Shown here one piece after another: positions 25,879-35,370 of a stretch of DNA of 64,000 nucleotides. The stretch covers positions 1 to 64,000 of IMG/VR virus record IMGVR_UViG_3300025132_007932. One strand, given 5' to 3'. This DNA comes from a virus. The first letter of the stretch is position 1. Each line of letters starts with the position of its first letter. Under the pieces are notes generated by a model. It ran no database searches, was not told the origin of the DNA, and saw only the letters and a list, made by a program, of their open reading frames with translations. Position numbers and translations under genes: made by a program.

Positions 25879-26649
25879 GTGTCACATATATCATATTCAG
25901 AACTAAAAGACTGGCATTTTTGCGCATTCTATCATAAGCTTACACGCGTTGATGGCATCGATGGTTTTAAGGGAAACGCATACACAGCATTTGGAACCGC
26001 AATGCACTCGGTATGTGAAAAAAAGCTTTTAAAAGAAGATATTGAAAGCGACTTCTTTGTTAAAGAGCTGAAGAAGAATATAACTGAATTACCTAAAGAT
26101 GTGGATATCGATCAACGTCTTGTGCTTGACATGATAGGCCAAGGCAAAAGAATTATTCCTGAAATTGAAGACGCGTTAAATGACTATTTCGAGGAATTTG
26201 AAGTTCTTGCGGTAGAAATGCCGCTTATGGAAGACATCGATGGCCATCCAAACTATAAATTCAAAGGTTTTATTGATGCAGTTGTTGCAACCCCCGACGG
26301 AAAAGTTCATATTTTTGATTGGAAAACTTGCTCCTGGGGATGGAATGTGCAAAAGAAAAATGACAAAATGGTTACATATCAGCTTACATTGTACAAGAAG
26401 TACTTTTGTCAAAAAATGAATATTGATCCAAAAAACGTAGAAACCCACTTCGCACTACTTAAGAGAACAGCCAAAAAAAATCAGGTTGAATTTTTTAGAG
26501 TTACGAGTGGTCCAAGAAAAACAGAAAATGCTCTTAAACTTTTGAACACTGCACTGTACAATATAAAAAATCAACGCTATATTAAAAACCGCCTGTCGTG
26601 CACGGGCGGTTACGGCTGTAAGTTTTACAAGACAGAGCACTGTCCATGA
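25879..26649 (+). CDS. PD-(D/E)XK (RecB/Cas4-like) exonuclease
   Basis: SYSEL..C; FGTAMH; E; GFIDAV; IFDWKT; QLTLY; C-terminal Cys cluster. Confidence 0.9.
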   Translation: MSHISYSELKDWHFCAFYHKLTRVDGIDGFKGNAYTAFGTAMHSVCEKKLLKEDIESDFFVKELKKNITELPKDVDIDQRLVLDMIGQGKRIIPEIEDALNDYFEEFEVLAVEMPLMEDIDGHPNYKFKGFIDAVVATPDGKVHIFDWKTCSWGWNVQKKNDKMVTYQLTLYKKYFCQKMNIDPKNVETHFALLKRTAKKNQVEFFRVTSGPRKTENALKLLNTALYNIKNQRYIKNRLSCTGGYGCKFYKTEHCP

Positions 26650-26656
26650 GGAATAA

Positions 26657-27937
26657 ATGAAAAAAAAGATATTAGTATTATCTGACCACCCCCTTTCGCC
26701 ATCCGGGGTAGGTACACAAACAAAGTATATGATAGAGTCCTTGCTGAGAACAGGAAGATATCAATTTATATGCTTGGGTGGCGCAATAAAACACGAAGAC
26801 TATACCCCGCAAAGAATTCAACCATATGAAGAGGATTGGGTAATTTATCCAGTAGATGGATACGGAAGCCACGAAATAATAAGATCTGTTTTGGCCAAAG
26901 AGAAGCCAGACATGCTTTGGTTTATGACCGATCCACGTTTTTATACTTGGCTGTGGGAAATCGAAAACGAGGTTAGAAATAATGTCCCTATGGTATATTA
27001 TCATGTATGGGATAACTTCCCAGCCCCACACTTTAATGCGGAATATTACAATTCAAACGATGAAGTAGTTTGTATATCAAAGGTAACTCACGAAATTGTA
27101 AAGACTGTGGCGCCAGATGTTAACAGCACTTATTTACCACATGCTGTAAATGATAATATTTTTTACAAAATGAAAACTGCCGAACAATTAGAAAAAGTAA
27201 AGGAAGTGAGGCAAAGAATTATAGGTTCCACTGTTAATTTAAAAAATCCAAATAAAAAGATTTTCTTTTGGAATAACAGAAATGCTAGAAGAAAACAAAG
27301 TGGAACATTGGTGTGGTGGTTCAAAGAATTTTTAGATGAGGTTGGTCACGATCAAGCAACCCTGCTGATGCACACAGACGCTCAAGATCCGCACGGACAA
27401 GATTTGCCACATATAATAAATCATTTAGGTATTGGTGATGGACAAGTTTTGCTTTCAACTACTAAAGTAAATCCGGAGGATTTGGCAGTAATGTATAATG
27501 CTGCAGATTTCACAATAAACATTGCAGACGCAGAAGGGTTCGGTCTTGGAACGCTAGAATCTCTTTCTTGTGGAAGTCCTATTATTGTTACTATGACAGG
27601 CGGCCTTCAAGAACAAGTAACTGATGGAAAGAACTGGTTTGGGTGGGGTATTCAACCGGCCTCAAAAGCCGTCATTGGTTCACTTCAGGTTCCCTACATC
27701 TATGAAGATAGAATCTCTAAAGAAGATTTCATTAATAGTTTGAAAAAAGCAATGAAGTTAAGTCCCGCGAAGTACAAGAAAATGTCTGAAATGGGAATAG
27801 CTCACGTCACCAAAAATTATAACTTTGAAAAGTATGAAAAAAGATGGGTTGAATTGATGGATAATATAATTGAGAAACACGGCTCTTGGGAAAATAGAAA
27901 AGGCCATAAGCGCTGGCACTTGATGGAGGTAGCATGA
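26657..27937 (+). CDS. GT-B (GT4-like) glycosyltransferase
   Basis: SGVGTQ; NRNARRK; EGFGLGTLESLSCGSPII. Confidence 0.9.
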   Translation: MKKKILVLSDHPLSPSGVGTQTKYMIESLLRTGRYQFICLGGAIKHEDYTPQRIQPYEEDWVIYPVDGYGSHEIIRSVLAKEKPDMLWFMTDPRFYTWLWEIENEVRNNVPMVYYHVWDNFPAPHFNAEYYNSNDEVVCISKVTHEIVKTVAPDVNSTYLPHAVNDNIFYKMKTAEQLEKVKEVRQRIIGSTVNLKNPNKKIFFWNNRNARRKQSGTLVWWFKEFLDEVGHDQATLLMHTDAQDPHGQDLPHIINHLGIGDGQVLLSTTKVNPEDLAVMYNAADFTINIADAEGFGLGTLESLSCGSPIIVTMTGGLQEQVTDGKNWFGWGIQPASKAVIGSLQVPYIYEDRISKEDFINSLKKAMKLSPAKYKKMSEMGIAHVTKNYNFEKYEKRWVELMDNIIEKHGSWENRKGHKRWHLMEVA

Positions 27938-29196
27938 AGAAAAAGCTAATTTTTAAAGCACCAGTATTGACTAGATCTGGATATGGAGAACAGTCAAGGT
28001 TTGCTTTACGGGCCCTACGCTCCAGAGAAGATCTATTTGATATATACATTCAACCATTATCCTGGGGAGCAACTTCCTGGATAAATACAGAAAGCCCAGA
28101 GAGAGAGTGGATTGATAATTGTATAGAAAAAACTGTTGCCTACATTCAACAAGGTGGACAATTCGATATATCCTTTCAAGTTACAATTCCAAACGAATGG
28201 GAAAAAATCGCACCTATTAATATAGGATACACAGCGGGCATTGAAACAACAAAAGTCGCCCACCATTGGCTTGAAAAATCACACGAAGTTGATAAAATTA
28301 TTGTTGTCTCGAACCACGCTAAAAATGTATATCAAGACACCGTTTATCAGGCTGTCCACAATGAAACAGGCCAAACGCTAGAATTGCGATTAGAGAAACC
28401 AATTGTTACAGTAAACTACCCGGCTAAAAAATTTGAAAATCTACCAAACTTAGATATTGAAATGGAATACGATATTAATTTCCTTTGTGTATCTCAGTGG
28501 GGGCCTAGAAAAAATGTACCAAATACGGTTAAATGGTTTGTTGAGGAATTTATCAACGATGAGGTTGGTCTTGTTGTAAAAACAAATTTAGCAAAAAACT
28601 GCCTTATTGATAGAAACAAGGTAAAGCAACAACTTGATGGACTGCTTTCTGAGTATCCAGAAAGAAAGTGTAAAGTTTATCTTCTTCACGGAGATATGGA
28701 AGATGAAGAAATGCATTCTTTATATACTCACCCTCAAATGTCTGCATTAGTTCATTTAGCCCACGGAGAAGGATTTGGCTTACCGCTGTTTGAATCAGCA
28801 TATAGTGGACTACCGGTTGTTGCAACGGGTTGGTCAGGGCAATTAGATTTTTTGGTGGATGAATCCGGCGAAGATAGATTCTATAACGTTGCATTTGATT
28901 TAAACCATGTTCCAGACCAAGTTGTTTGGGAAGGAGTTTTGATTAAAGAATCAATGTGGGCTTACGCAAGAGAACAATCAGCAAAACAAAAAATGAGACA
29001 GTGCTACGACGATTTACACAACAAAGTAGAGGGTAGTATTGCTTGTGGTGCTTGTGATTTTGCAGCAGAAGTACAAGAAAGATTTAATGAAGACAAACAG
29101 TTTGCAGCGATGGTTGCACCGGTTCTAGAGTTTGTAGAAACAGAAGAAGAAAAAGAATGGCGTGGTATACTGGATCAAGTCGTAGAATATGAATAA
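27934..29196 (+). CDS. GT-B (GT4-like) glycosyltransferase
   Basis: SGYG; PRKN; HGEGFGLPLFESAYSGLPVVATGWSG. Confidence 0.9.
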   Translation: MKKKLIFKAPVLTRSGYGEQSRFALRALRSREDLFDIYIQPLSWGATSWINTESPEREWIDNCIEKTVAYIQQGGQFDISFQVTIPNEWEKIAPINIGYTAGIETTKVAHHWLEKSHEVDKIIVVSNHAKNVYQDTVYQAVHNETGQTLELRLEKPIVTVNYPAKKFENLPNLDIEMEYDINFLCVSQWGPRKNVPNTVKWFVEEFINDEVGLVVKTNLAKNCLIDRNKVKQQLDGLLSEYPERKCKVYLLHGDMEDEEMHSLYTHPQMSALVHLAHGEGFGLPLFESAYSGLPVVATGWSGQLDFLVDESGEDRFYNVAFDLNHVPDQVVWEGVLIKESMWAYAREQSAKQKMRQCYDDLHNKVEGSIACGACDFAAEVQERFNEDKQFAAMVAPVLEFVETEEEKEWRGILDQVVEYE

Positions 29197-30835
29197 TAGA
29201 GTTATATTTGTCTCCGATTATTTCATTGAAGAAATAACCGGAGGCGCCGAATTTTGCAACGATGCCTTAATGAATTCATTATCGCATCGTTACTCGTTTG
29301 AGAAAAAGAAATCACAAACGATTACGCCACAATATATAAAAGAAAATTCTGATTGTTTTTTTATTATTGCAAACTTCTTTCTTTTGTCTGAGGAGACGAA
29401 GAGAGAGCTGGCAAATGTAACTTATGTCATATTTGAGCATGATCACAAATACATAAAATCAAACAACCCGTCCCTATACAAGAATTTTCTAGCACCAGAA
29501 AGTCAGCTACAGAACCAGAATTTCTTTGAAAAGGCCTTTGCAGTAATATGCCAAAGCAAGAAACATTCAGAAGTGGTACAGAAAAACTTGCTTTTAGACA
29601 ATGTAGTTAATTCAGCCGGTAACATATGGACCAGCGAGCAGATGAAAGTTCTAGAAAGCAACTTAAATGCGACAAAGACGGTTGAATTTGCGGTTTTGAA
29701 CTCTCAAAACAGAAATAAAGGCATGCCAGCTGCTATAGAGTTTTGTAACAACAATAGGTTACCATTTAAGTATTTAAACTCGGCACCATTTCCGCAGTAT
29801 ATAGAAAATATGTCCAAGATAGAACATTTAGTGTTCTTCCCACAATGGCTTGAGTCATATAGTAGGTTGGCTATTGAAGCTAGAATACTTGGTTGTAAGC
29901 TGGTAACAAACAACCTCCTCGGCGCCGCAAGTGAAGAATATTTCAAACTTAAGGGCCCTCAACTGCTGAATAAGATAAAAGAAAACAACAAAACTATTGT
30001 TAATCGATGGATAAATCTAATTGACAATAAAGAGATAGATTTTATAGAGCCGATTAAATTACCAAAAGTTACCATTTTTTGTCCGATTTACAATGCAGAA
30101 AAATACATCGAAAACTATCTAAATGATATATCGAGCCAAACCGTGTTTGACTGTTGTGAGTTGATAATAATAAATGCCAATTCACCACAAAACGAAGATA
30201 AATACATTGAAGAATTTATGAAAAAACATAACAATGTAGTTTACAAAAAACTAGATTATAGAGCCAGTGTTATGGAAACAGAAAATATGGCACTTGAAAT
30301 AGCAACTGGTGAGTATTTTGCACAAACATGCGTTGATGATGCACACGCTAAAGATTATATAGAAACACTAGCGAAACATTTATATTTTACAGATGATGTC
30401 GACTTGGTGTATTCTGATTGCTACCAGACCCCAAATGCGCTAGAAACTTATGAAAACAATTCTTCAAGAGGTAAAACATATGAACATTCTAAAAACGAAT
30501 TTTCGAAGGAAAATATGATCAAGTGTTTACCAGGGCCAATGCCGATGTGGAGAAAATCTGTACATAAAAAAGTGGGATATTTTAATGAAGATATGAAATA
30601 TGCCGGAGATTGGGAGATGTTTTTGAGGATGGTAGAGGCAGGATCTAAATTTAAAAAGATTGACAGACCACTGGGATTGTATTATTATAATTCAGAAGGT
30701 CTATCAACTTCCTCGGAGCACGCAGTTGAAAGAGGAAAAGAAGAGGCTGAAGTATTTTTCAAATATAAAGAAGTATTTGGAGAAAGAAACTTCAAAACAT
30801 ACGAAAATTATTTTAAACAATTTATTGAGGCATAA
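29189..30835 (+). CDS. bifunctional glycosyltransferase (GT-B-like N-half plus GT2 C-half)
   Basis: GGAE...ESYSRLAIEARILGC; VTIFCPIYNAEKYI...CVDD...GDWEMFLR. Confidence 0.85.
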   Translation: MNNRVIFVSDYFIEEITGGAEFCNDALMNSLSHRYSFEKKKSQTITPQYIKENSDCFFIIANFFLLSEETKRELANVTYVIFEHDHKYIKSNNPSLYKNFLAPESQLQNQNFFEKAFAVICQSKKHSEVVQKNLLLDNVVNSAGNIWTSEQMKVLESNLNATKTVEFAVLNSQNRNKGMPAAIEFCNNNRLPFKYLNSAPFPQYIENMSKIEHLVFFPQWLESYSRLAIEARILGCKLVTNNLLGAASEEYFKLKGPQLLNKIKENNKTIVNRWINLIDNKEIDFIEPIKLPKVTIFCPIYNAEKYIENYLNDISSQTVFDCCELIIINANSPQNEDKYIEEFMKKHNNVVYKKLDYRASVMETENMALEIATGEYFAQTCVDDAHAKDYIETLAKHLYFTDDVDLVYSDCYQTPNALETYENNSSRGKTYEHSKNEFSKENMIKCLPGPMPMWRKSVHKKVGYFNEDMKYAGDWEMFLRMVEAGSKFKKIDRPLGLYYYNSEGLSTSSEHAVERGKEEAEVFFKYKEVFGERNFKTYENYFKQFIEA

Positions 30836-31246
30836 ATGAGCGAAAGAAAGTATTTACCGACATTGTCGGAATTAGTAGATAGGTTATCTATCGTACAACT
30901 AAAAGAAGTGTTTATCACAGAACACAAATCTGAGTATGCGCAGGAGATATCTGATATTTTACACGATATTGATTTGACGTTAGAAGAGAATAATGTTATA
31001 ATGGATGCGAGAGCAATACGCGCCATTGTTGTTTTATCTCAAATGAATTTGCATATTTGGCATAACGAAACCAATTATCGCAAAGGAATTAAAGATGGAA
31101 ACAACCTTGAATTAACCCACGGGCTTAATGGTATACGAAACACATCTAAAAATAGAATTCAAGAATTGGCCGGCGGACGAAAAGACTATAAAATCGATTG
31201 TCTCGCGGCAGATTTCAAAGATTGGGAGATTAGCTGGGATGAGTGA
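30836..31246 (+). CDS. small helical protein typical of sugar loci (DUF4254-like)
   Basis: TLSELVDRLSIVQLK...NLHIWHNE...LNGIRN. Confidence 0.55.
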   Translation: MSERKYLPTLSELVDRLSIVQLKEVFITEHKSEYAQEISDILHDIDLTLEENNVIMDARAIRAIVVLSQMNLHIWHNETNYRKGIKDGNNLELTHGLNGIRNTSKNRIQELAGGRKDYKIDCLAADFKDWEISWDE

Positions 31247-31547
31247 CGAAGAATTAATGACGTTCGAGCAATACTATCAGTATTATCTCACACTTCATCA
31301 GAACAAGTGGACTCGACGGATGCACGTTTTAGGTCAAATGGCAACCGTAGCGTTCTTGTGGTTTGTTATTAGTACTAAAATGTGGCTACTTTTATTGGTA
31401 GCACCATTTGTGGTTTATCCTTTTGCTTGGACTGGACATTACGTATTTGAAAAAAATGAGCCAGCCGCTTTTTCTAGGCCGATATGGGCCAAAGCTTGCG
31501 ACTGGGTAATGCTAAAAGATATATTAACAGGAAAGATAAAGCTATGA
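31239..31547 (+). CDS. DUF962/Mpo1-like membrane protein
   Basis: YYLTLHQNKWTRRMHVLG...FAWTGHYVFEKNEPA. Confidence 0.8.
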   Translation: MSDEELMTFEQYYQYYLTLHQNKWTRRMHVLGQMATVAFLWFVISTKMWLLLLVAPFVVYPFAWTGHYVFEKNEPAAFSRPIWAKACDWVMLKDILTGKIKL

Positions 31548-32473
31548 ATATTTTAATTACAGGCGGCGCCGGCTACATCGGTAGCGAATTGACACAGTAT
31601 CTTTTAGATGATGGGCACAAGGTTGTTGCATATGATAATTTAATGTACGATCCTACATCCTTACTGAGATATACAAACAATTCTGATTTCTCTTTTGTAA
31701 AGGGCGATGTTAGGGATTTAAATCTATTAAAGAAACATACAGATAAAGCTGATATTATTATTCCCCTAGCCGCCTTGGTCGGATTTCCTTTGTGCGACAA
31801 AGATGTCCGCGGCGCCCACGAAATCAACCATGAGGTAAATGCTTGGATTGCAAAAAACAAATCAGTGGATCAGTTAGTTATCTATCCATGCACCAACTCT
31901 GGATACGGAACAAGTGCTGATGGCTCTGTGGTCACTGAAGAGTCACCCTTGAACCCCGTATCACTATACGGCAGAACAAAAGTAGCAGGTGAGCGTGAAT
32001 ATAGAAACGTTGAAAATCATGTTACTTTCAGGCTAGCTACAGTATTCGGCCCGGGCTCTAGAATGAGGACCGACCTGCTGGTTAATAACTTTGTTCTCAA
32101 GGCATTAAGGGAGCGAGTTTTGGTTCTTTATGAATGTGAGTTTATGAGAAACTACGGACACCTTCAAGATGTTTGCCGCGCCTTTAGATGGGTTATTAAC
32201 AATTGGGAGGTTGTAAAGAATGACACCTACAATATGGGTAACGACGCGCTCAATATGAATAAGCTTCAATTAGCCCAAAAGATCCAAGAGCATCTTCCGC
32301 TGGAGATCATTAAAGCAGAGTTTACCACAGATCCAGATACCCGTGATTATACAGTTAGTAGTCAAAAGTTCTATGATACTGGCTTTGAGTGTAAGTACGA
32401 CTTAGACGATGGAATTAAACAGCTTATCACGGCATACAGTATTATTGAATCGCCGTGGTATGCGAATTATTAA
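31544..32473 (+). CDS. NAD-dependent epimerase/dehydratase (extended SDR)
   Basis: ITGGAGYIGS; YGRTK (YxxxK); RLATVFG. Confidence 0.9.
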   Translation: MNILITGGAGYIGSELTQYLLDDGHKVVAYDNLMYDPTSLLRYTNNSDFSFVKGDVRDLNLLKKHTDKADIIIPLAALVGFPLCDKDVRGAHEINHEVNAWIAKNKSVDQLVIYPCTNSGYGTSADGSVVTEESPLNPVSLYGRTKVAGEREYRNVENHVTFRLATVFGPGSRMRTDLLVNNFVLKALRERVLVLYECEFMRNYGHLQDVCRAFRWVINNWEVVKNDTYNMGNDALNMNKLQLAQKIQEHLPLEIIKAEFTTDPDTRDYTVSSQKFYDTGFECKYDLDDGIKQLITAYSIIESPWYANY

Positions 32474-33989
32474 AGTTATGAGCAAGCAATTAGACGTATT
32501 ATTTGTGCACCCTAACGGCGCCCCAATTATTTATCAAGAGCTGAGTAAAACATATTCGGCTATCGAGCCGCCAATCTGGGCTGCTTTGCTAGCTAACAAT
32601 GCACGCAAGAATGGTTGGTCAGCTAGAATTTTAGACTGTGAGGCTGAGCGTCTTAATGCCATGGCATCGGCTGATACAATCAACGATTACAACCCAAGAT
32701 TGGTAGCAATTGTTATTTACGGCCAGCAGCCCTCTGCTTCCACCCAAAATATGATTGGCACCAACGCCCTTCTTGCTGAGTTAAAAGGGCGCTACGGCCA
32801 TCTTAAGACAGTTTTAATTGGTCTTCACCCATCTGCTGTTTCTCGCGGAACAATGCAAGATGAACAATCAGACTTTGTCTGTCAAGGTGAGGGCCCTCAT
32901 ACGATTAGTGGGCTTCTAACTGTTAATATGGATGATACAAGCCAGTTAGCAAACGTGCCTGGTTTGTGGTACCGCGACGATGGAAACATTGTTTGTACCA
33001 AGCCCGCCCCGCTAATAAGTCAAGAAGAATTGCCTTCTGAACTTCCTGGTATGGCTTGGGATCTTCTGCCTATGAGTAAATACCGTACGGCAAATTGGCA
33101 TGCAATGACAAATGGCGACGATAGGATGCCCTTTGCATCTCTTTATACAAGTCTTGGTTGTCCATTTAAATGTAGTTTTTGTTGTATCAATGCCCCATTT
33201 GGAAATAACAATTTAGAAAATTGGGACTACGGCCGAAACAAGTTTAGATATTGGGATCCTGAATATATTATTAAAGAGTTTGAACAGCTTCATAATATGG
33301 GAATAAGAAATGTAAAATTAGCTGATGAGATGTTTGTTTTATATAAAAATCATTTTATGAAACTTTGTGAATTAATTACTGAAAGAGGTTATGACTTCAA
33401 TATCTGGGCGTACGCTAGGATTGATACGGTAAGAGAAGAGTATTTAGAAACTCTCAAAAAAGCAGGTGTTAATTGGCTTGCGTTGGGTATTGAATCTGGA
33501 AACTCTGTTGTTCGTAAGGACGTAGTAAAAGGTAGATTTACTGAAGTAAATATTATAGATTTAGTTAAGAAAATTCAAGATCATGATATTAACGTAATTG
33601 GCAACTATATTTTTGGCCTTCCGGAAGACGATCATAGTAGTATGCAAGATACATTAGATATGTCTATTGATTTAAATTGCGAATTCGCAAACTTCTATTC
33701 CGCCATGGCCTACCCTGGTTCAAAATTGTATTTGGATGCATTGAAAGAAGATTGGCAGTTGCCAGAAACATACGTAGGATACTCACAACATTCTTATGAA
33801 ACAAAACCGCTGCCAACTAAGCATATATCGGCAGCAGAAGTTCTGAAATTTCGTGATGAAGCATTTTTAAAATACTATAAAAACCCAACATATCTTGATA
33901 TGATAGAAGATAAGTTTGGCAAAAGAACTCGTCTTGGTATCGAAGACATGACTAAGATTAAATTAAAAAGAAAAATCTTAGGAGATTAA
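32460..33989 (+). CDS. cobalamin-binding radical SAM enzyme
   Basis: N-terminal B12-binding-like region (GLHPSA...GEG); CPFKCSFC (CxxxCxxC); GIESG; start could be 32478. Confidence 0.9.
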   Translation: MRIIKVMSKQLDVLFVHPNGAPIIYQELSKTYSAIEPPIWAALLANNARKNGWSARILDCEAERLNAMASADTINDYNPRLVAIVIYGQQPSASTQNMIGTNALLAELKGRYGHLKTVLIGLHPSAVSRGTMQDEQSDFVCQGEGPHTISGLLTVNMDDTSQLANVPGLWYRDDGNIVCTKPAPLISQEELPSELPGMAWDLLPMSKYRTANWHAMTNGDDRMPFASLYTSLGCPFKCSFCCINAPFGNNNLENWDYGRNKFRYWDPEYIIKEFEQLHNMGIRNVKLADEMFVLYKNHFMKLCELITERGYDFNIWAYARIDTVREEYLETLKKAGVNWLALGIESGNSVVRKDVVKGRFTEVNIIDLVKKIQDHDINVIGNYIFGLPEDDHSSMQDTLDMSIDLNCEFANFYSAMAYPGSKLYLDALKEDWQLPETYVGYSQHSYETKPLPTKHISAAEVLKFRDEAFLKYYKNPTYLDMIEDKFGKRTRLGIEDMTKIKLKRKILGD

Positions 33990-34211
33990 ATGCAAAATAA
34001 AAAATTTAATTCTGGAGATTTGGTTCGCTGGTATGAATCATATGCTGACGATCTTTCCATGACTAAAGATAGTGGCTTGGGTATTGTCTTGGATGAGAAA
34101 AGTTATATACTCCACGGCGGAGATTTAAAGCATACAAATTATAGAGTGTATCGAAATAAGCACCAAGATATATTGGCTTTTGTATCAGAAGATTTGGTTA
34201 AAATAAAATAG
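33990..34211 (+). CDS. small SH3/KOW-like beta-barrel protein
   Basis: FNSGDLVRW...LGIVL...YRVY. Confidence 0.55.
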   Translation: MQNKKFNSGDLVRWYESYADDLSMTKDSGLGIVLDEKSYILHGGDLKHTNYRVYRNKHQDILAFVSEDLVKIK

Positions 34212-34219
34212 GAGAGAAA

Positions 34220-34831
34220 ATGCTTTCAAAAGAAGAACTAATAAAATTTGAGACAGAAATGGCTGCCTGCTTTGATGCAGCTATGATCCGTGCGCCCGTG
34301 CACCTTTATAACGGAAATGAAGAGCAGATTATCAAAGTATTTAAGGACAACAACATAGGACCCGAAGACTGGGTTCTTTGTTCTTGGAGAAGCCACTATC
34401 AGTGCCTCTTGAAAGGAGTGCCACCAGAGGAATTGAAAGCAGCAATTTTACAAGGTCGCTCAATTTCTCTTTGTTTTTCAAAGTATAGAGTGCTCTCATC
34501 TGGTATTGTCACCGGTGTTTTGCCTATTGCTACTGGCATTGCGATGGATATCAAGCGTCAGGGTGGTAAAAACAAGGTCTATTGCTTTATGGGAGAGATG
34601 ACATCTGAAACAGGTGTGGCTCATGAATGCATCAAGTATGCCAGAAACCATAAACTTCCAATTCACTTTATTGTTGAGGACAACGGAAAGTCAGTGTGTA
34701 CTGATACTCGTGCTACTTGGGCAATGGAAAAGCTTACTTATGAAGATGTAAATGATGAATACATCACATACTACAAATATAACTTAGACAAATACCCGCA
34801 CGCTGGTGCTGGAAAGAGAGTGCAATTCTAA
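34220..34831 (+). CDS. TPP-dependent enzyme, E1-alpha-like (PP-binding) subunit, compact
   Basis: HLYNGNE; SWRSHY; SGIVTG; GEMTSETG...IVEDN (degenerate GDG-x26-N). Confidence 0.8.
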   Translation: MLSKEELIKFETEMAACFDAAMIRAPVHLYNGNEEQIIKVFKDNNIGPEDWVLCSWRSHYQCLLKGVPPEELKAAILQGRSISLCFSKYRVLSSGIVTGVLPIATGIAMDIKRQGGKNKVYCFMGEMTSETGVAHECIKYARNHKLPIHFIVEDNGKSVCTDTRATWAMEKLTYEDVNDEYITYYKYNLDKYPHAGAGKRVQF

Positions 34832-35370
34832 TGGGAGCTTATTTCGACGAATTAAAAAGAGCAATGACTTACTTAGGCGAACAACAAGACACCTTGTTCA
34901 TAGGCCAAGCCGTTGCTTATAAAGGCACAGCAATGACCAACACTTTATCAGATGTAGACCGACAAAAGTTGATTGAAATGCCGGTCGATGAAGAGATGCA
35001 AATGGGAATGACCACGGGACTAGCAGTCAATGGAACAGTACCAGTTAGCATCTACCCGAGATGGAACTTTCTTTTGTGTGCAGTAAATCAATTAGTAAAC
35101 CATCTCGATAGAATGAAGGAGTTTTCTCACGGAGAATATGTGCCGAAAGCAATCATTCGTGTTGGGATTGGCTCTGTTCGACCTTTAAATCCTCAAGTGC
35201 AGCACACTGGCGATTTTACACAAGTTTTTAGAGGAATGTTGCGAAACACCGAGGTTATTAGATGTGATGAGCCAGAAGATATTTTCCCTGCATACTACAA
35301 GGCATACAACAGAACCGATGGTAAAAGCACAATTATTGTAGAATACGGAGACTATTATGGAGAAAAATAA
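34831..35370 (+). CDS. TPP-dependent enzyme, E1-beta/transketolase pyrimidine-binding subunit (no C-terminal domain)
   Basis: FIGQAV; IEMPVDEEMQMGMTTGLA; NQLVN; QH. Confidence 0.8.
   Translation: MGAYFDELKRAMTYLGEQQDTLFIGQAVAYKGTAMTNTLSDVDRQKLIEMPVDEEMQMGMTTGLAVNGTVPVSIYPRWNFLLCAVNQLVNHLDRMKEFSHGEYVPKAIIRVGIGSVRPLNPQVQHTGDFTQVFRGMLRNTEVIRCDEPEDIFPAYYKAYNRTDGKSTIIVEYGDYYGEK

Noticed and set aside
25879-26649. Cas4-like nuclease as a sign of a CRISPR-Cas system
   Set aside because: No repeat-spacer array or other cas genes seen; stand-alone PD-(D/E)XK nucleases are common in phages
26657-30835. Definite DNA hypermodification (T4-like glucosylation)
   Set aside because: No hydroxymethylase or thymidylate-synthase-like gene in the window; the acceptor cannot be determined from this sequence
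34220-35370. Pyruvate dehydrogenase auxiliary metabolic genes
   Set aside because: Subunits are truncated, there is no E2/E3, and they are embedded in a sugar-biosynthesis operon
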